Positions 39,601-46,930 of a stretch of DNA of 64,000 nt are shown piece by piece; positions within the stretch are counted from its first letter, which is position 1; each line of letters opens with the position of its first letter. The translations under genes and the position numbers were made by a program. The notes below the pieces were generated by a model. That model saw nothing but the letters and a program-made list of their open reading frames with translations, made no database searches and was not told the DNA's origin. The stretch covers positions 8,428-72,427 of the forward strand of contig CACJAC010000003.1 of assembly GCA_902591275.1 (NCBI GenBank), given 5' to 3'. Source of the DNA: an uncultured Prochlorococcus sp. Its GTDB lineage: Bacteria > Cyanobacteriota > Cyanobacteriia > PCC-6307 > Cyanobiaceae.

Positions 39601-40213
39601 TTAATTTTGCATTAGTTTGTTCTATTCTTGTATCAAAAAGTGCGACTCCTGCTAATTCATCAATAAGATTTCTCCTCTCCTTATTATTCATTGATACTAT
39701 TCTTGTTACATCACCCTGCATAACAACATTGCTGCCCTCAGGATCAACACTGATATCTCTTAATATTCTCTGTATTTGTTGCAATGTGCATTGTTTGCCA
39801 TCAGAAGTATAAGTAGAAGCATAAGAACCACCTGGCATAAGCCTTAATTTTCTAGAAACTACCCATTCTTTTTGACCTTTATTAAGGGCAATTTCTTCTT
39901 CTTCTAGTTCCAAAGGCGGAAGGTCCTCTCTGGGAGACCAATCTTGAATATTAAATTTTACTGATACAGATGTTTCTGAAGACTTACCCTCTTTAACTTT
40001 GGAGTTATTTATTAGGTCTGGTAATCTTTCAGCCCTCATACCTCTACTATTAGCTAGACCTAAACAGAATAAAATTCCATCTAAAATATTACTTTTCCCA
40101 GAACCGTTAGGGCCCGTAACCACTGTGAAGCCTTCTTCAAGAGGAATTTTTACATTACCCCCAAAAGATTTAAAATTTTCAAACTCGACCTGATTGATAT
40201 GTACCAATCTCAA
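36623..40213 (-). CDS. smc: Chromosome segregation protein SMC
   Basis: GPNGSGKSN, coiled coils, hinge (GRLTFLPL, GAITGG), MSGGEKS, LDEVD. Confidence 0.98.
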   Translation of the reverse strand: MRLVHINQVEFENFKSFGGNVKIPLEEGFTVVTGPNGSGKSNILDGILFCLGLANSRGMRAERLPDLINNSKVKEGKSSETSVSVKFNIQDWSPREDLPPLELEEEEIALNKGQKEWVVSRKLRLMPGGSYASTYTSDGKQCTLQQIQRILRDISVDPEGSNVVMQGDVTRIVSMNNKERRNLIDELAGVALFDTRIEQTNAKLNDVFERQERCEILENELQSSKNKLEKECEKAKRYKELKAKLSQIIELEKVLIFEKQVKHVESIEKKESEIEKNKLLFNKQKESISKEISVLEDALKILVDELKEKGEDKLIKVNSDIGSINSSLRELDRISILNKEEGIKLQKQRDEIAISKRNIESEKMRQENFDDNFLNQLNLQIDDLTLKHKLSRKKLSDAAGESGEFSKQSIKLNAELESIKNQINPLEIKKRKIEEETIQNNIQKDEILSQIESLDLEKQKLFQGNQRKKETSDINNKNLASNSAEINSLKHEIDLLIKTKLRLNNEQLRLEKDLSRFESRKEALNESRGSYALRILLEAGLEGIHGYVAQLGEVSEKNRYALEIAAGNRLGQIVVDNDHIAAKAIEILKKKKAGRLTFLPLNRIKSQKKNYAISRFEYNRENGFIDKAINLITFDEVYSDVFRYVFGDTLVFSDLSSARLSIQKNRLVTLSGELLEASGAITGGSKLNKDLAYRFGINNDIDDSSPIKERLLVIEEALKESNNDLILKNNKLSILNSNRSQIIKDCASFNKEIEVNQDSLKAVSQRIEDCKSRLNKLDTANNLLVNELGHLKNQLKPYHDKFDQLQTIQKVNYEKNQKSSLIAFNDDFNNLDKKLEFIIKERNTLLDKKNQFALNKERINNSLKITLLQEKNLQESIKQLATAHSEWIEKRDQFKKELSDLYNQKNSLEKNLGLLRRKRDELNSSISNKRQEYNNYLLKLEYLERDMHSLKEEMRSEKIKLENYKKDLPNPSPEFGEYDGKSLESLQSEISIINAKLESLEPVNMLALDELEELIERLNGLREKLEILSNERSELLLRIETVSTMRQEAFMQAFTQVDRHFREIFANLSDGDGFLQLENPNSPLEGGLTLVAHPKGKNVRRLASMSGGEKSLTALSFLFALQKYKPSPFYALDEVDSFLDGINVERLSKLISNQSSNAQFIVVSHRRPMISASERTIGVAQARGANTQVLGLPNAA

Positions 40214-40289
40214 GTCTCAATAGCTAAATAAGAATAACTAATTTGCAAAAATTCTCAATAGAAATATTACGTTTATTTATAAATTAATA

Positions 40290-40652
40290 TTAATAATTTT
40301 TGGTCAATCTACAAGAATTAGCCGAAATTTCAAACAAACCAGAAAGAAGTTCACCATCCAAAATGAATCGATAATTTTCAGAGTCCAAGTCTATAGAAAC
40401 GTTTTTAAATATTCCATGATCAATTCTTTTTACAAAACCTCTATTATCAGAAAGTTCATGTTCTATCCTGGATAGCCATATAAGTCTATGATTTGGCTGC
40501 TTAGAAATTTCTATAGAAGCTTGATTTAATAAAGGTAGTTTTAAAAATTTCCAAGTTAAACAATCTATTCCATTTTCAACAAGAAAATCATAATGAATAT
40601 CTTTAGACTTAGCATTATAAACTTCATGTTCCAGCAAAACCCATTTATCCAT
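40290..40652 (-). CDS. Stand-alone LigD phosphoesterase (PE)-like protein
   Basis: VLLEH...HYDFLVE...LTW...NHRLIW..EHELSDNRGFVKRIDHG, resembling the PE pattern FVVQ.H...HYDFRLE...SW...EDH...Y..FEG...G.V..WD.G. Confidence 0.65.
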   Translation of the reverse strand: MDKWVLLEHEVYNAKSKDIHYDFLVENGIDCLTWKFLKLPLLNQASIEISKQPNHRLIWLSRIEHELSDNRGFVKRIDHGIFKNVSIDLDSENYRFILDGELLSGLFEISANSCRLTKNY

Positions 40653-40734
40653 TATGTAGTTGATAAATAAATTAAATCTTTTTGCAAAACAAAGTTTAGA
40701 TAAAGATATTTTTCTTAAAGATGGTCCCTTTTAT

Positions 40735-40872
40735 TTAATTACCTGCATCAGGAACAAATCTTAAAGCGATGAATAGCAAACTTCCCGCTCCAGCGATAGC
40801 TGCAGCTACTAATCCAAAATCTGTAGGGATTGTGCGAGATGCAAAAATTAATGATGCAAATGTAATATCCAT
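40735..40872 (-). CDS. Small membrane hypothetical protein, 45 aa (51 aa from ATG 40890); not in the ORF track
   Basis: Hand translation MDITFASLIFASRTIPTDFGLVAAAIAGAGSLLFIALRFVPDAGN; GC-richer than the flanks, one TM helix. Confidence 0.65.
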   Translation of the reverse strand: MDITFASLIFASRTIPTDFGLVAAAIAGAGSLLFIALRFVPDAGN

Positions 40873-41060
40873 GATGAAATTTAAACTCATTTAATAATTC
40901 CAGTAATAGCTTAACAAAAGCTTCTTGCAGAACAGAGTAGAGAAATAAAATGTAAATAAACTTTTATATGTTTTTATTCTATATAAATCCCACAATTATT
41001 TAGATAAGGGTTCCAAATTAAGAAAATAGGGTCTAATCTTAAAATAAATAAGTTTGAATA

Positions 41061-41522
41061 ATGGAGACTTACCATCCTCCCAAAGAAGTAGAAGATAAAG
41101 AAGATAACTCTAATCTTCCTGAAAGAGAGGTTCTCTCGGAAAAATGGTTACTCGAAAAAATTGACAGTTTAATACCTTTAATAAAAGAAAAATGGCCTAA
41201 CATCGCACAACAAACCCTTGAAGCCACAAAAGGGAGTATTGACGATTTAGTTGAAGTAATAGCAAGCCATAGTGGAACCTCAGCAATTAGAATAAAAAGC
41301 CAACTATTTGAAATAATTGATTCAATCAGAGAAAATAATTGGGAAATATCAGAAAAAATTGAGCCTATAGAAAGTCAATTAGAAGAATTATTAGAAGAAC
41401 TTAACAATACACTTAGACCAAAAATAGAAAGTCCTATAAGAAAAAAACCATTATTATCAATAGCTATTGCGGCTGGTATTGGTTTACTAATAGGAACGCT
41501 CCTAAACAGTGGGAGAAAATAA
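41061..41522 (+). CDS. CsbD-like / DUF883 (YqjD/ElaB-like) tail-anchored protein
   Basis: IKEKWPNIAQQTLEATKGSIDDLVEVIASHSG (CsbD-like) and C-terminal IRKKPLLSIAIAAGIGLLIGTLL. Confidence 0.7.
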   Translation: METYHPPKEVEDKEDNSNLPEREVLSEKWLLEKIDSLIPLIKEKWPNIAQQTLEATKGSIDDLVEVIASHSGTSAIRIKSQLFEIIDSIRENNWEISEKIEPIESQLEELLEELNNTLRPKIESPIRKKPLLSIAIAAGIGLLIGTLLNSGRK

Positions 41523-41523
41523 T

Positions 41524-41910
41524 ATGGAAAAACCAAAAAATAAAAACTTTGCAAATACCGCCTCCAGAATTTCAGCGATTGCAAGTTCAGTTATGGATTT
41601 GCATGTAAGAATAGCTCTTCAAGAAGTAGATAGAGAAAAAAGAAGATTAATTAGTGGTGGAATATTTTTAGCAATTGGCAGCATATTATTATTATTAGTA
41701 CTAATTTGCATCCATATTATTTTTTACCTTTTTCTAACAAAATATAATAACTGGAATATTGAATATAATTTATTACTCATAATATTTATCGATTTAGTTC
41801 TTGCAGGCTTAAGTTTAAAACTTGGAGGAAAATTAGCCAAAGGACCATATCTTCCTCAAACATTAGAGGGTTTAGGCAAGACAACAAAAGCCGTTTTAGG
41901 CAAAAAATAA
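41524..41910 (+). CDS. YqjE-like (Phage_holin_3_6) membrane protein
   Basis: LHVRIALQEV.REKRR plus two TM helices and LPQT; ATG at 41524 directly after the upstream stop. Confidence 0.75.
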   Translation: MEKPKNKNFANTASRISAIASSVMDLHVRIALQEVDREKRRLISGGIFLAIGSILLLLVLICIHIIFYLFLTKYNNWNIEYNLLLIIFIDLVLAGLSLKLGGKLAKGPYLPQTLEGLGKTTKAVLGKK

Positions 41911-41911
41911 A

Positions 41912-43036
41912 TTACCTTATTAAATACTTTATCCATCTACAATCTATTCCCCCATTACTAACAGGAATTTTCAATGAAGATTTCATTTTCAAATATTTTG
42001 TTAGTTTTGGATTCCCACTTAGCAGCCAAAATTCCCAACCTGAAAAATTATTCTTTAGAAAGATTCCCATTTGTTCATATAAATAAATCAATTCATTTTC
42101 ATCGCCTAATTTTTTGCCGTATGGAGGATTACATATGATTATCCCAGGTGTGCAACTTAATTGGAGTGCTAAAAAATCATTATTTATAAGCTCAATATAA
42201 TTTTCTAGTCCAGCTAATGATATGTTTACATTCGCCTGCTCAAAAACCTTTTTATTAATTTCACATCCTATTATTGTTGGCAATTTTTTATAGTTTATAA
42301 TTTTATTTTTTGCCTTATTTTTTTCATTAAGATAAATATCTTTCCTAAAGTCCAACCAATTCTCAAAAAGATATACTTGATCAATATTTATGGGAACTCC
42401 AAGGTATTGGTTGACTGCCTCAATTAAAAAAGTTCCCGAGCCGCACATAAAATCTATTAATGGAACTTTGCCATTCCATTGAGTCATATTTATCAATCCT
42501 GAAGCTAAATTTTCTTTTAAAGGAGCATTTCCAATTGCGGGTCTATAGCCTCTTTTGTGTAAGCTTTCAACGCTGCTTTGAAGACTGAGAATTGCTTTAT
42601 TATTATTTAAATGCAGATGAATTATAAAATCAGGATTAGCTAGAGAAATATTTGATCTTTTATTCCAAACTGCCTGTTGCAAATCAGTTATAGAATTTTT
42701 TACTTCAAGAGCAGTGAAATGAGTATGACTTAAAGAAGATGTTCTCCCAGTCACTTGAACATTAAAAGTTTTATCAAAATGCAACCAATTTAACCAATCA
42801 AATGAATCTCTAACCCCCGCATATAAAGATTGCTTGTCATAGCAATTAAAACTTGCAATTTCTCTATAAAAACGAAAAGCTAATCTGGAATAGAAATGAA
42901 CTCTATAAAAAGTTTCAAAATCACATTCAAAATTAATAAATCTTTTAAAAGTATTAATATTAAAGCCGCCTAAATTTGAAATTTCTTCTGCTAAAGATTT
43001 CTCTAGTCCCTCCGGAGATGATGCCACTACATTCAT
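41912..43036 (-). CDS. THUMP-domain RNA m2G methyltransferase (RlmL-like)
   Basis: GLEKSLAEE, SLHKRGYR, APLKENLA, DFMCGSGT, CNPPYG. Confidence 0.92.
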   Translation of the reverse strand: MNVVASSPEGLEKSLAEEISNLGGFNINTFKRFINFECDFETFYRVHFYSRLAFRFYREIASFNCYDKQSLYAGVRDSFDWLNWLHFDKTFNVQVTGRTSSLSHTHFTALEVKNSITDLQQAVWNKRSNISLANPDFIIHLHLNNNKAILSLQSSVESLHKRGYRPAIGNAPLKENLASGLINMTQWNGKVPLIDFMCGSGTFLIEAVNQYLGVPINIDQVYLFENWLDFRKDIYLNEKNKAKNKIINYKKLPTIIGCEINKKVFEQANVNISLAGLENYIELINNDFLALQLSCTPGIIICNPPYGKKLGDENELIYLYEQMGIFLKNNFSGWEFWLLSGNPKLTKYLKMKSSLKIPVSNGGIDCRWIKYLIR

Positions 43037-43081
43037 ATACGATAAAACTTAGTAAAAAAACTATTCAATAACCATTTTGCC

Positions 43082-43090
43082 TGTCAGAAT
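43082..43090 (+). promoter_or_regulatory. Putative extended -10 promoter of ssrA
   Basis: TG-T-CAGAAT about 7 nt upstream of the predicted 5' end of the tmRNA precursor. Confidence 0.4.
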
Positions 43091-43096
43091 ATAAAT

Positions 43097-43356
43097 GTCC
43101 AATTGGACTAGGTGATCTCAACCGATGTTTCGGACAGCGGTTCGATTCCGCTCAACTCCACTATTTGGGGTTGTAATGGTTTCGACGGGGCATAAGGAAG
43201 GTGACTGAAGCCGGCTCGGTTAGAGCAAAAACACAAATGCTAACAAAATCGTTAGTTTCTCCCGTCAAACAGCACCAGTTGCTGCTTGATCCTAAAGGAG
43301 ATGGGGTTATATCAGCCTTATCAACCAAATGATACAAGGAGTCTGGAAGGACTCCA
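43097..43356 (+). ncRNA. ssrA: tmRNA, circularly permuted two-piece gene (acceptor piece first, then coding piece)
   Basis: T-arm AGCGG-TTCGATT-CCGCT and CAACTCC-A (to 43160), short spacer CTATTT, then the mature 5' end GGGGTTGTAATGGTTTCGAC at 43167; tag ORF 43239-43289 encodes ANKIVSFSRQTAPVAA*; outer ends approximate. Confidence 0.95.
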
Positions 43357-43363
43357 CTTTTTT
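43338..43363 (+). terminator. Rho-independent terminator of ssrA
   Basis: GGAGTC-TGGAAG-GACTCC stem followed by AC and T6. Confidence 0.8.
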
Positions 43364-43517
43364 AAATAACGAAGAAGTTGTAGTAGATAATTTATGAGTA
43401 TGTAAATATTGCTCCACTTACTTGTATTAAAAACATTTTTTTTAATTTTATAAGTATAAATACTGAGAAGATAAGTTTTAAATTAATTTATCTTATTAAG
43501 AAATCCAATCTTGCAAA

Positions 43518-43655
43518 ATGGAATCTAATAAAAAACTAAATGACTTGATAATAAATCTCAAACCAAAAGTTATTAGATTCACTGGTGAAAAATTCCCCAA
43601 TGAACTATGGAATAGTGGTTGTCAAATCAAAAAAAATAAGAAAATATCTAGCTAA
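43518..43655 (+). CDS. Small basic hypothetical protein, 45 aa; not in the ORF track
   Basis: Hand translation MESNKKLNDLIINLKPKVIRFTGEKFPNELWNSGCQIKKNKKISS; stops 8 bp from the convergent AKR gene. Confidence 0.4.
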   Translation: MESNKKLNDLIINLKPKVIRFTGEKFPNELWNSGCQIKKNKKISS

Positions 43656-43663
43656 AAATTTAA

Positions 43664-44626
43664 TTAATTACTCGAAAAAGGATTTTTCGGCATTTTTTTT
43701 AAACATTTTTTTGAAACTTCCTGAAGTACTTTAAATTCATTTTTTTTTAAATTCCAATTAAATACATTAGATACATCTATAACTTGAGATTTTTTTCGCA
43801 TTCCAACTAATGGAATAGTTCCTTGGTAACAACACCAATTAATTGCTACTTGCGCTTGGGAAACTGATCTTTGATGCGCAATTCTTTTTAGACACCTCCG
43901 CAATTCATATGTTGGTTTTTTATAGTTTTCAAATAAGGAATTACGAATAAAACTTTTTTCTTTATTTTCTTCTTTATCTGGATCAATACAAAGTATTCCA
44001 AAGGACAAAGGACTATAAGCAAAGAAATCAATATTATTTTCGTCGCAAATTTTTTTTACCTGATATTGTTTTCCTAAATCGGGTGCAAGCAAAGAAAACT
44101 GTATTTGAACACTCTTCAGGTGCTGATCTCTTTTTGCTAAGAAATTAATTAATTTCATCAATCTTTTAGGGCCTATATTTGATAAGCCTATTTGAAAATC
44201 AAAGCCTTCATCTTTTAAATCGCAAAGATTATTCAACAGCCCTAATTCTTGCCAAGGATTGTATTTTGCAGTTGACCAATGTAATTGCACTATATCTAAT
44301 TTATTATTAAGTCTCTCTAAACTTTTCAAAAAAGGTTTATTAAAGCCCCTGTTACCTATTCTCCAGGGATAAGGTGCAAGTTTGGTTGCTACTTGAATTC
44401 TTTTTTTCTTTGCTGAAGGAGTATTTAGTAAAAATTTTCCTATCAACAATTCGCTTCTGCCCTGAAGATTCCCAGTACCGTAAGAATCTGCAGTATCAAT
44501 TAGATCGAAACCTCTTCGTAACGCTTCATCATATGTCTCACGTAAATCATCGTCATTTGTAGATTGGTAATTCCAGAAAAGCTTATTCCCCCAAGACCAC
44601 GTACCTAATCCAATTCTTTTCTTCAC
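43664..44626 (-). CDS. Aldo/keto reductase, pyridoxal reductase (plant PLR1)-like
   Basis: GLGTWSWGN, DTADSYG, ATK.APYPWR, QLHWSTA, QIQFSLL, AYSPL. Confidence 0.88.
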   Translation of the reverse strand: MKKRIGLGTWSWGNKLFWNYQSTNDDDLRETYDEALRRGFDLIDTADSYGTGNLQGRSELLIGKFLLNTPSAKKKRIQVATKLAPYPWRIGNRGFNKPFLKSLERLNNKLDIVQLHWSTAKYNPWQELGLLNNLCDLKDEGFDFQIGLSNIGPKRLMKLINFLAKRDQHLKSVQIQFSLLAPDLGKQYQVKKICDENNIDFFAYSPLSFGILCIDPDKEENKEKSFIRNSLFENYKKPTYELRRCLKRIAHQRSVSQAQVAINWCCYQGTIPLVGMRKKSQVIDVSNVFNWNLKKNEFKVLQEVSKKCLKKMPKNPFSSN

Positions 44627-44775
44627 TAGCCAATTTAAATAAGGAACTTTATAAGGTTATCTAAAAATATTAACTTCTTTAAAATATTTCAAAAAATAAG
44701 TTTTAAAGCATTAAAAATCAATTTCTCTTGACATTAAGAAATTATTCTCCAAAGTAAGAGAAATAAAATAAAAAA

Positions 44776-45447
44776 TTGTTCATTACCGTTTGCGGACAAA
44801 AAGGGGGGGTGGCCAAGACCTGCACAAGTATTCACCTTGCTAGTGTTTGGCATTCTGAAGGTAAGAAAGTTTGCATAGTTGATGCCGACAAGAATAGATC
44901 TGCTTTAGCATACGCATCAAGAGGCAATCTTCCATTTCCAGTTTTCCCCGTCAGTTCAGCTGCTAAAGCATCAAGATCATCAGAAATTGTAATAACTGAT
45001 GGCCAGGCTAGCAGTGATCAAGAAGAACTTAAACACTTAGCGTATGGTTCAGATTTAGTTATCTTACCTACAACTGCAAAAGCAAGATCAGTAGAATTAA
45101 CTGTTGAACTTTCTAATTTATTAAGCAACTTAAAAGTTAACCATGCTGTAGTAATAGTAAAAGTTGATTTTAGACAGCAAAAAGCAGCGCAACAAGCCAA
45201 AGCAGCTTTAGAAAATTTTGGTTTATATGTTTTTAATACATTTATACCCTTACTTTCAGCATTTGATAAAGCAGAAGCCTCGGGCAATGCTGTATTTGAA
45301 GCTGTCGACGATTTAGGTAGATCAGATCCTCGTCGAATGACGGGCTGGTCTGCTTATTGTTCAATTGCCTCACAAATTCCATGCCTGATTTCGAAGCCCT
45401 CATCCGACACCAACAAATTAAACAACCAACAACCAATCAGCGCTTAA
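44776..45447 (+). CDS. Orphan ParA-family ATPase (short, plasmid type Ib-like)
   Basis: Deviant Walker A QKGGVAKT, DADKNRSA, SDLVILPT; no N-terminal HTH and no MinD membrane-targeting tail. Confidence 0.9.
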   Translation: MFITVCGQKGGVAKTCTSIHLASVWHSEGKKVCIVDADKNRSALAYASRGNLPFPVFPVSSAAKASRSSEIVITDGQASSDQEELKHLAYGSDLVILPTTAKARSVELTVELSNLLSNLKVNHAVVIVKVDFRQQKAAQQAKAALENFGLYVFNTFIPLLSAFDKAEASGNAVFEAVDDLGRSDPRRMTGWSAYCSIASQIPCLISKPSSDTNKLNNQQPISA

Positions 45448-45623
45448 AAGTAGTTGATTCTCCTAATTTTGAAGAAGAAAAAAACGAAGAAGTAATAATT
45501 AGACAATCTGGATTATTAGTTAATTTTTTTGGAGGTTTTATAGGTTCTGTAATTGGAACTTTAACAATACTGTTTCTTTATATGAATGAATATTTACCAT
45601 TAGATTTACTAAAACTTAAGTAG
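45381..45623 (+). CDS. Small ParA-associated protein with C-terminal TM helix, 80 aa
   Basis: MPDFEALIRHQQ..., acidic linker, then GLLVNFFGGFIGSVIGTLTILFLY; ATG at 45381 lies inside the 3' end of parA. Confidence 0.7.
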   Translation: MPDFEALIRHQQIKQPTTNQRLKVVDSPNFEEEKNEEVIIRQSGLLVNFFGGFIGSVIGTLTILFLYMNEYLPLDLLKLK

Positions 45624-46854
45624 TATATTCGCTATTTATTTCAACATATTTTTTAGAAAGATCGCACCCCCAAGCTGTGCCTTTCGATTCACCACAATTT
45701 AGATTAATCATAATTTTTACAATATCATCTATCAAATATTTACCTTTCATTCTGGACTTAATATAGTCTGAGACTTTTTGTGGATCATATTTATTTAACC
45801 TGCCGTTTTCCAAAATCTGAGCGTTTCCTATATATAAGTCAACATCATTTAAATTAAATTTAACTCCAGAATTACCTGCAGCAGAAATGATTCGTCCCCA
45901 ATTCGGATCACAACCATGTATCGCAGTTTTTACCAAGGCAGAATTACAAATAGATTTCGCGAGCATAATTGCATCATCTGTATTTTTTGCTCCTTTAACC
46001 AAAACTTCTAATAAACAATTAGCTCCCTCTCCATCCCTTGCAATATTTTTTGCCAAGTTCTGACATACAATATCAATGCCTTGTTGGATAATTGGAAAAA
46101 ACCTTTTTTCAATTTTCTCTCCTGCATTTATTCCAACAAAAGAATCATTTGTGCTTGTCTCTCCATCAACAGATATTGCATTAAAAGATTTTTGAACCGC
46201 AATAGCAATCATTTTGTCCCATTCTTCTTTTTGAATACCCGCATCACAGGTTAGAAAAGCAAGCATTGTAGCCATGTTGGGGTAAATCATTCCTGAACCT
46301 TTTGCAAATCCTGCTATTTTTATTTTTCTACCTTGAATAATCGTCTCTATTGACACTTTTTTCAAAGTCAAATCAGTAGTTAAAATTGCTTCTGCTGCAT
46401 TTTCAAAATTATTACCCTTTAAATCACTAACTAAATTCGGTAAATTTTTTACTAAATCATTTATTTGTATTGGAACACCAATTACACCAGTTGAGCACAT
46501 TAAAACTTCTTCTTTTTTTATTCCTAAAAGTTCCGCAATCTTTCCTGTAGCAATTTGAAAATGTTGAATGCCAAGATTTCCTGTACATGCATTTGCTTGA
46601 CCAGAATTAATTAGTATTGCTCTTACAAAACCTGAAGTTGTTTTAATCCTTTCCTCACAAATATCCACACAAGAAGCTCGAACTATTGATTGGGTAAACA
46701 TTCCACTAAAAATACTTCCTTCTGGAGCGAGTATTAGTGCTAAATCTTTTTTATTAGAAGCTTTTAAACCAGCAGATATCCCAGCAAAAAGAAACCCCTT
46801 GGGTGTTACCTGACTGTCATCAACAAACGACCAATTGGAATCTAACTGGCTCAA
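45616..46854 (-). CDS. argJ: Bifunctional ornithine acetyltransferase / N-acetylglutamate synthase
   Basis: NSGQANACTG, KGSGMIYPNMATML, DGETSTND, ARDGEGA. Confidence 0.97.
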   Translation of the reverse strand: MSQLDSNWSFVDDSQVTPKGFLFAGISAGLKASNKKDLALILAPEGSIFSGMFTQSIVRASCVDICEERIKTTSGFVRAILINSGQANACTGNLGIQHFQIATGKIAELLGIKKEEVLMCSTGVIGVPIQINDLVKNLPNLVSDLKGNNFENAAEAILTTDLTLKKVSIETIIQGRKIKIAGFAKGSGMIYPNMATMLAFLTCDAGIQKEEWDKMIAIAVQKSFNAISVDGETSTNDSFVGINAGEKIEKRFFPIIQQGIDIVCQNLAKNIARDGEGANCLLEVLVKGAKNTDDAIMLAKSICNSALVKTAIHGCDPNWGRIISAAGNSGVKFNLNDVDLYIGNAQILENGRLNKYDPQKVSDYIKSRMKGKYLIDDIVKIMINLNCGESKGTAWGCDLSKKYVEINSEYTT

Positions 46855-46930
46855 ACTTTTTGGTATTTTAATTCATACTAACTACTCTTTAATACTAAAG
46901 AAACTAAGTAATTAGATTATTATTAATTAT

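Noticed and set aside
41524-41910. Prophage or lysis cassette suggested by the holin-like family
   Set aside because: No endolysin, integrase or structural genes; the context fits a yqjD/yqjE-like pair
43136-45623. Integrated element at the tmRNA (att duplication)
   Set aside because: No second copy of the T-arm/acceptor sequence TTCGATTCCGCTCAACTCCA seen and no integrase in the window
44776-45623. Assignment of the ParA pair as the carboxysome positioning system McdAB, or as MinD
   Set aside because: The partner has a TM helix and no C-terminal Trp, no carboxysome genes are nearby, and the ATPase lacks the MinD amphipathic tail and a minCE context
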